Assembly: GCA_951406725.2 (NCBI GenBank)
Contig: OX597820.1
Span: 13,702,001 to 13,766,000, forward strand
Direction: 5' to 3'
Source: Octopus vulgaris
Lineage: Eukaryota
DNA length: 64,000 nt
In this document: one piece after another, positions 55,086 to 64,000 of the stretch
How the letters are laid out: each line of letters begins with the position of its first letter
Numbering within the stretch: the stretch's first letter is position 1
Program-made: the position numbers and the translations under genes
Notes under the pieces: model-generated
Databases searched by the model: none
The model's input: only the letters and a program-made list of their open reading frames with translations
What the model was told of the DNA's origin: nothing

Positions 55086-55195
55086 CATTATATATATATC
55101 AAAATATTTTATTCACCTTACTTCGAGCTCTGCAGATAATACTGGACTGACTTGGTGCTTCAACTTAAGTAGCTAATTCAACTGAATCTCAATTA

Positions 55196-55253
<58 letters not shown>

Positions 55254-55476
55254 TATGAAGGGGAATTTTCCTTGTGTTGTATGTCTTGGACTCTGTTTTT
55301 CGTTGTTTAAAAAAATGTCCGTTTCCATAGTTTTGTGTTTATGTTTTCGTTTCTCATTGTGTTCAATGTTTTTTTTTTTGGTGTCCTGTACCCATATATG
55401 CATGTATACATACATATAGATGTAGGTACGTACATATATGTATGTATATATGCATATGTTTTATTTATTATTTTGT

Positions 55477-55518
<42 letters not shown>

Positions 55519-55529
55519 TGGCTCAAAAG

Positions 55530-55995
55530 TAGGCGTAGGAGTGGTTGTGTGGTAAGTAGCTTGCTTACTGGGTTCAGTCCCACTGCATAGGACTTTGGGC
55601 AAGTGTCTTCTACTAAAGCCTCGGGCCGACCAAAGCCTTCTGAGTGGATTTGGTAGACGGAAACAGAAAGAAGCCTGTCGTGTATATGTATGTATATATA
55701 TATATATTGTTATATTTCGGAATGGTCATATTGCCAGTTTAGCCAATAAAAACACACGCACTATATATTTGGTGTTATTTTGCTTCAGTGATATTTATTT
55801 TTTACATTAATCTTAATCTTATTTCAGCCAAAGTTCTTTCGTCACACTCCTGTGACCGCATCAGTGGTCCTTTGTTTTCTTCTCACTTATTTGTGTCTCT
55901 CCTTACTAACCGTCAGCCACCATTCCGAAATATAACAATATCTGTTTCAACACACGACTTCACATAAAAAATCTTGCACAACAAATATTTAAACG

Positions 55996-56048
<53 letters not shown>

Positions 56049-56252
56049 CTGTGTTTGTTCACCCAACATTGCTTGACAACCAATGCTGGTGTGTTTACGT
56101 CCCTGTAACTTAGCGGTTCGGCAAAAGACACCGATAGAATAAGTACTAGGCTTACAAAGAATAAGTCCTGGGGTCGATTTGCTCGACTAAAGGTGGTGCT
56201 CCAGCATGGCCACAGTCAAATGACTGTAAAAGAGTATAAGAGTAAAAAGAGT
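55530..56252 (+). mobile_element. Family A SINE, full length, with a Penelope-like insert (55704-55996) in its internal (TA)n
   Basis: Head taggcgtaggagtggttgtgtggtaag, tail ...gtcaaatgactgtaaaagagt. The insert carries a 23-bp inverted duplication. Confidence 0.85.
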
Positions 56253-56644
56253 ATGGCTAGGAGGGTCCAAAAGAGTAAAAACAGGAATCAAAAGGTTCCA
56301 TCAGCAGAAAATGGCTGAGAACAGCTGGTAGAAAGCAAGTATAACTTTGAGTTCCCTATTAAGGACCCCACCGGTTACCCCCAATTCACTGAATACTGTG
56401 TCTTTGGATTACAGTCCTTACTGATTGATTTCTGACCTTACTGACTAAAAAGAAAAAAAGGGTCTGGAGATTATTACAGGAATTGTGACTTAAGGGCTGG
56501 TTGCCTTAACAGTGGTCCCTGGTATGAAATGGTAAGAGTAACAGCAGCAGCAGCAATCACAACTAAGAACAGTAATTGCAGCAGTAGTATTAGTAGAGGA
56601 AAATAACATTCATGTCAGTGATGGTGGTGGTGGTGGTGGTGGTG

Positions 56645-56690
<46 letters not shown>

Positions 56691-56862
56691 GAGTAGGAGT
56701 AGTAGTAGTGATAATGGTAGTGGTGGTGGTGGTGGTAGCAGAAGCAGCACAGAATCAGCTGGACCAAGCATAGAGAGAGGCAGACAGACACAGAGAAGAG
56801 AGAGAGAGAGAGACCTTGAGAAAAGGAAAAGAAAAAGATGGAGAAAAGAGAGACACAGTGAA

Positions 56863-56905
<43 letters not shown>

Positions 56906-57031
56906 AGAGGGAGTGAAAAAATAGAGAGGAAAGAGACATGAAAAGATAGAGAGACAGGAAGAAGACAGAGAAAGAGAAGGATAAAGAGAAAGAAGAGAAA
57001 GAGAAAGACAGAAAGAGGGGAGGACATTGAT

Positions 57032-57575
<544 letters not shown>

Positions 57576-57685
57576 GACTGAAACAGCAGCAGCAACAGCA
57601 GCAATGAAACAGCAGCAGCAGCAGCAGTTAGCAAAGGATAATGTATTCAACAGTTTAGTTCCATGTTGAGTCTGTTAATTCACAT

Positions 57686-57760
<75 letters not shown>

Positions 57761-58258
57761 TGCACCAAACACCAACAACCAGCCGACAGCAACTGCAAGC
57801 CTGCTGCAGTTAAGACCACCAAATGTGTGTGTGTATGTGTGTGTGTGGATATGTTGACTACCACCACAACCACCACCACTACCACCACCACCACCACCTC
57901 AGTATTACCTACTTCTACTATGAGCCAACAAGAGAGGCCTCTAAGTGGTGGCACAGCCTGCTAGAAACAACAGCCACACACCACCTTCGAAATCATATTT
58001 TACTCTCTTAAAAAACATAAGGGGACGGATTGAGTAATGAGGTCCTAAACATAGGACAGTCATGGCTGGAATGCCTTTGATCATAGACTAAATCAATCAG
58101 GTCTTGACCTGAGGTTAAATAACAACAGCTATTTCTACTTTAATTAATAACGATAATTAATAGTAATAATGATAATGATAAATAACAATCATAAATGATC
58201 ATAATAGTTATAAATGATAACAAAGACACCAATAATAGTAATAATAATAATAAAAATA

Positions 58259-58816
58259 AATGCCCTGATGCAGTACCAGGCATTGGCTCTCGTGGCTTCT
58301 GATCTTAAACTAATTGGAAGTGTTATCATGTACATTGTTTTGTCTTGGTATAAAAGATGGGATACAGTAAATATTCTGCTCAATACCACAGATTTGCTTG
58401 TCAGTTGTTTGACCTTAACCAGTTGAGCATGTCCCTTAGTGGCTGACGATATGTGCATCTCTGATCACGAGCAGAAGTAGTGGGGGAGCATCGTAGCCAT
58501 GAGTTGAGAGGAATTCTTGGAAGTTTAGATAATTCACCTTTGGAAATATGGGTGTTTCGTTCAACATCCTTAAACAAACCTTATTCAGGGACCTTTTGAG
58601 CGGAAGGGATTACTCAACCTGAAGAAAATTCTAACTGGGCCCTACCTGCAAGGTCATGCGCTGTTTATCTTAATATAAGATCACCATGTCGTGCACATAT
58701 GGTTGTGATGCTTGTGACTGGTGTATCCTTATCAGACAGGTAGTCATGATGGGTATACTGGGCTTCGTATATTTTACCCCAGTGTCGCTTTGATGGCATG
58801 CACTGCTCTCTCACAC

Positions 58817-58849
<33 letters not shown>

Positions 58850-59226
58850 CCTTTCTACTAAGAACACAAGGCCTGAAATTTGGGGGCCGGGGAACAGTTG
58901 ATTGCATCGACTCCAGTGTTTCACTGGTACTTAATTTATTGACCCCGAAATGATGAAAGGCGAAGTCAACCTCAGCAGAATTTGAACTCAGAACGTAGTG
59001 GCAGGTGAAATACAACTAAGCATTTTGCCCAGCATACTAATGATTCTGCTACTTTCTAATTTAGGTACAAGGCCAGCAATTTCTGGAGAGTGGGTAAGTT
59101 AACCCCAGTGTTCAACTGGTACTTATTTTATTCACCCTGAAAGAATGAAAGGCAAAGTCGACCTCAGCCGAATTGAACACAGAACATATTTGTCCCATGC
59201 TCTAAAAATTTTGCATGCTCACCACC

Positions 59227-59261
<35 letters not shown>

Positions 59262-59463
59262 CTATTCTATTAACACACAAGGTGTGAAATTTGGGGGAGA
59301 GGACTAGTCGATTACATTGACCCCAGTGTTTCACTGGTACTTAACTTTTAGAGGATGAAAGGCAAAGTCAACTTTGGCAGAATTTGAACTCAGAACGTAA
59401 GGACAGGCGAACTACTGCTAGGCACTTTCTCCTTCATGCTAACGATTCTGCCAACTTGCCACC

Positions 59464-59516
<53 letters not shown>

Positions 59517-59751
59517 CCTTTTTACTGGAGGCCACAAGGCCTCATATTTGTGAGGATGGGAGAAGTCGATTACATCAACCCCAGTGTTCTACTGGTACTT
59601 AATTTATTGACCCCAAAAGGATGAAACACAAAGTTGACCTTGGCAAAATTTGAACTCAGAATGTAGCAGCAGAATAAATACCGCTAAGCATTTCGTCCAG
59701 CGTGCTAACATTTCTGCCAGCTCACTTGCCTTATTAATAATAATAATGATG

Positions 59752-59783
<32 letters not shown>

Positions 59784-59965
59784 CCTTTCTACTATAGGCA
59801 CAAGGCCTGAAATTGAGGGCTGGGGGAAGGCAGTTAGTTGATTACAGTGGCTCCACTGTGTAACAGGCACTTATTTTATCAAACCTGAAAGGATGACAGG
59901 AAAAGTCGACCCCAGCGGAATTTGGACTCAGAATGTAAAAACAGACGAAATACTGCTAGGCATTT

Positions 59966-60020
<55 letters not shown>

Positions 60021-60240
60021 TAATTGTTTCAAATTTTGCCACAAGGACAGCAATTTTGGGGGAAGGGGGATAAGTCGATTACATCAACCCCAGTACTTGA
60101 CTGATTTTTAATTTATTGACCCCAAAATGATGTAAGGCAAAGTCAACCTTGGTGGAAAATGAACTTAGAACGATTTTCTACAAAAGACATACTGCTAAGC
60201 ATTTTGCCCGGAGTGATAACAATTCTGCCAGCTCACCACC

Positions 60241-60273
<33 letters not shown>

Positions 60274-61082
60274 GTTTCAAATTTTGCCAAAAGGGTAGCA
60301 ATTTTAGGGGAAGGGGGAAAAGTCGATTACATCGACCCCAGTGTTCAACTGATACTTAATTTAGTGACCCTGAAAGGATGAAAGGTAAAGTCAACCTCAG
60401 CAGAATTTGAACACCGAACATAGTGGCGGATGAAGTACCACTAAGCATTTCAACCAGCATGTTAATGATTCTGCCAGTTCACCACCTTAATAATAATAAT
60501 AATAATAATAATAACAATAATAAATGGCCTGATGCAGTACCAGGCATTGGCTCTCATGGCTTCTGATCTTAACTGATTGGAAGTGTTATCATGTATATTG
60601 TTTTGTCTTGGTATAAAAGATGGGCTACAGCAAATATTCTGCTCAATACCACAGATTTGCTTGTCAGTTATTTGACCTTAACCAGTTGAGCATGTCCCTT
60701 GGTGGCTGACAATATGTGCATCTCTGATCACGAGCAGAAGTAGTGGGGGAGTATCATAGCCGTCTGTTGAAAGGAATTCTTTGGGGTTTGAATAATTCAC
60801 CTCTGGAAACATGGGTGTTTCATTCAATATCCTTAAACAAACCTTATTCAGGAACCTTTTGAGCAGGATGGGCAACTCGAGCTGAAGAAAATTGTAACTG
60901 GACCCTACCTGCAAGGTCATGCGCTGTTTATCTTAATATAAGATCACCATGTCGTGCACATGTGGTTGTGATACATGTGCCTGGTGTACCCTTATCAGAC
61001 GGGCAGTCATGATGGGTATACTGGGCTTCGTATATTTTACCCCAGTGTCACTTTGATGGCATGCACTGCTCCCTCATTCACA
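58259..61082. mobile_element. Array of about 7 co-oriented family D SINEs (minus) separated by (AAT)n and bracketed by two ~560-bp elements
   Basis: 560-bp copies at 58259-58817 and 60523-61082. SINE copies start near 58849, 59053, 59262, 59517, 59783, 60026 and 60274. Confidence 0.85.
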
Positions 61083-61139
61083 CGATAATAATGATGATGA
61101 TGATGATAACATTAACATTAATAATAATAATAATAATAA

Positions 61140-61140
<1 letters not shown>

Positions 61141-61170
<30 letters not shown>

Positions 61171-61238
61171 AAGAAGAAGAAGAAGAAGAAGAAGAAGAAG
61201 AAGAAGAAGAAGAAGAAGAAGAAGAAGAAGAAGAAGAA
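61141..61238. repeat. (AAG)n microsatellite, about 32 units
   Basis: Seen directly. Confidence 0.95.
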
Positions 61239-62014
61239 AAATTTCACTTATTGACCCTGGTGTTCAACTGGTACTTATTTTAAGAAGAAGAAGTAGAAGA
61301 AGAAGAAGAACAACAACAACAACATTATTTCTATTTGCAGCTACCACCACCAACAACAACAACACCAACACCACCACCAACACCACCACCACCACCAACA
61401 CCACCACCACTATTGCTGTTACAATTGTTGATCTTGTCCGCACAGTACACAACTACAGCTTTAGAGCTACCAATCCTGCTACGACCATCACCACTACAAT
61501 CATTGTTACTACTGTAACTACTACTACTACCACAACCACCACTACATCTTTGATCACCATTACTACATGTGCTTTTACCACAACAACTACTACTACTACT
61601 ACTACTAACACCACCACCACCATCGCAACTACTTGTACTGCTTCCACTACAACCACCACAATTTTTACTGCCTCTGCTGCTATAATCAACGTTACTACTG
61701 CTACTACTACTACTACTACTGCTGCTAAACTGTTATTGATACTACTACTACAACTACTATACTACATGAGATCTCGCTTCCTCTGCTCCATGAAGTGAAG
61801 TTGACCAACATGTAGCAAAAGCAGAAATGGGGCGAGAGGGATGGCATGAGGGGTGGAGGGTAAGGGAAGGGAGTATGATATGAAATAATGGGAGGAGGAG
61901 GAGGAGGGAGGAGAGGGTGTGTAGGTGGTGGATGATAGAGGGGAAGGTTGATTGTAATATCAAACTATAGGGGGGTGAGTAGAGGATAAGGAGAGGAAAG
62001 AGAGATTGGAGAAT

Positions 62015-62048
<34 letters not shown>

Positions 62049-62457
62049 AACTGAGAAAGAGAAAAGGAAAGACAGAGAGACAAAGAGAAAGACTGGGAAA
62101 GACAGAGAGAGAAACAAGGAGAGAAAGTATGATTGAGAGAGAAAGAAAGAATGAGAGAGAGACAAAGAGAGAAGGAAAAACTGAGAGAGAAAAAAGAAAG
62201 ACAGAGAGAAAGAGAGACAAAGAGAGAAAGAAAGATTAGGAAAGAGAGGGAGAAACAGGGAGAGAAAGAAAGACTGGGAAAAAGACAAAGAGAAAGAGAA
62301 AGACTAAGAGAGAGAGAGAAAGAAAGATTAAAAAGATGAAATGAGAATTTTTTTAAAAATAAGGCAACGAAAGTGAAACAAATAAAAAAAAAAGATGAAA
62401 GGAGAAAAAAAGAGAAATAAAAAGATAGGTTTCTTTCATATTGTAGTATAGAAACAT

Positions 62458-62506
<49 letters not shown>

Positions 62507-62859
62507 TAAACACAAGCATACATTTTCCAGAAACACAGTCAGCTCCCCACTTGAATATAAACAAAACACACACACACACATGTACTGTGGAGTATTCAGC
62601 CCCTTGCCAGTTAATTTCAGGCGTAAGCTTTTCCGTTCTTCAGACCAACTGGGATCCTCACCATTGTAACTGACGGAGTGCCAATTATATACATATGTAT
62701 ATATATGTATATATTTTATTATATACTTTTGTTATATTTCTGCTGCTTTTAAATAAAGCATATTACTCTACCTCTGGTATTTGAGTACTCTTTTTTCCAC
62801 CTTGTTTCACATTCATGTGCTTACTCTGGTATATATGTATATATATATATATATATGTC

Positions 62860-63317
62860 AATGGCCATGTTAGCAGTATGGAAGATGGCAGAATCCCCAA
62901 GGACATACTCTACGGAGAGCTTGCTAGGGGCACTAGGCCTGTGGAAAGACCGTTCTTACGATACAAGGGTGTTTGCAAAAGGGACATGAAGGCCTGCAAC
63001 ATCAATATTAGCAACTGGGAAGCAGTTGCCAGCAACCGTGGAGATTGGTGACGTACCGTAAAAGAGGAAACACAAAGGAGTGACAGAGAGAGAGAGAGGG
63101 AGAAATGGAAAGACAAGAAAAGACATCAACAAGAAACTATGACATTACAACCAGCCAAGCAAAGTCTTCGCTACATTTGCAGCACCTGCCAGAGGGAGTG
63201 TTTATCCAGGATAGGACTACACAGCCACAGCAGGAGATGTATTAGGACATGAAATGTAAAAGCTGGTCTAGATTATTTTATGCCCAATTCCATTGTCTCC
63301 TGAAACAAAAAGGATGC

Positions 63318-63325
<8 letters not shown>
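62860..63325 (+). mobile_element. 5'-truncated RTE-clade LINE 3' end
   Basis: Reads GHVSSMEDGRIPKDILYGELARGTRPVERPFLRYKGVCKRDMK...W*R...YICSTCQRECLSRIGLHSHSRRC, with one in-frame stop at 63049 and ORF end at 63252. A short 3'UTR ends ggatgccaacaac. Flanked by (TA)n. Confidence 0.9.
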
Positions 63326-63389
<64 letters not shown>

Positions 63390-64000
63390 CGTATGTATGT
63401 ATGTATATAGATATATATCTATTCAAAATGTGACCGCGTGTGTACCGTTGGCGATTTTTTTCCTCCGTCTTCCCTTCTCTGGATCTTTCCTTTCCTGAGC
63501 GTCCAATAATATTATATTTGTTCCACGTCCTCGCGTTGTTGTGTTTTCTCTTTGTGTTTTCATGTTTGGATTAACTATATATACATATATATACACCACT
63601 GAGGCCAACTTTGATTTTCATCATTTCAGGGTCAATAAAAGAAGTACCAGTTGTGTACTGGGGTCGATGCAATTGTCTTAACTACTTCTGAGTATGATAT
63701 AAAAACTGCATCCCTCTGCCAAGCACCATATTGAGCCAGTGTGGCAGAGTAGGCTCATCGAACCAGTATGATTTCAAGCCATTCTCTAAGTGAAACAATA
63801 TGCTGGGGCCTTCATCCTGCAATGGACTGAACATGGGCAACTCAATTCAATCCATGTATATAAGATTTGATTGTGAGAATTTCACAAGGACAGCAAAGCT
63901 TTCTTGTACAAGCAAAACCTTTCATATATGTTTGAATGTATGAATATAAGGTTCTCTGATGGGCATGCCTCACTAAAATGAAAGAAAAGAAAAATCAAAG

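Noticed and set aside
55708-55937. Solo LTR or MITE reading (TG...CA ends, ATAT flanks)
   Set aside because: Sequence beyond the right end (55938-55996) continues the same reading frame and is homologous to 14557-14637, so an inversion with duplication explains it better.

Overview
Eukaryotic, AT-rich, extremely microsatellite-dense genomic DNA. The repeat landscape (tRNA-headed SINEs, RTE, R4/Dong-like, Hero-like, Penelope-like and mariner debris) resembles a coleoid cephalopod, probably Octopus; this is inferred from recall, not from a search. Almost every ORF in the supplied track is a translated simple repeat. Only one host coding segment is well supported: a 170-nt minus-strand internal exon (22041-22210, canonical AG/GT) of an RLIG1/C12orf29-type 5'-3' RNA ligase containing the EGIVWH motif. 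I could not find its neighbouring exons, so much of the window may be intron. The most unusual signals are: (i) a ~3 kb single-strand domain (48180-51150) packed with the nuclear-receptor extended half-site TCAAGGTCA, ending in a 24-bp then 20-bp tandem array; (ii) several decayed minimal hammerhead-ribozyme motifs in Penelope-like fragments, including an inverted pair and one just upstream of the ligase exon; (iii) an 89-bp-arm hairpin made by an inverted R4/Dong-like LINE end; (iv) pile-ups of SINEs and a fixed-length ~560-bp non-coding element in (TAA)n tracts. No rRNA, genuine tRNA, CRISPR array or intact transposon ORF was found. Repeat boundaries and counts were read by eye and are approximate.
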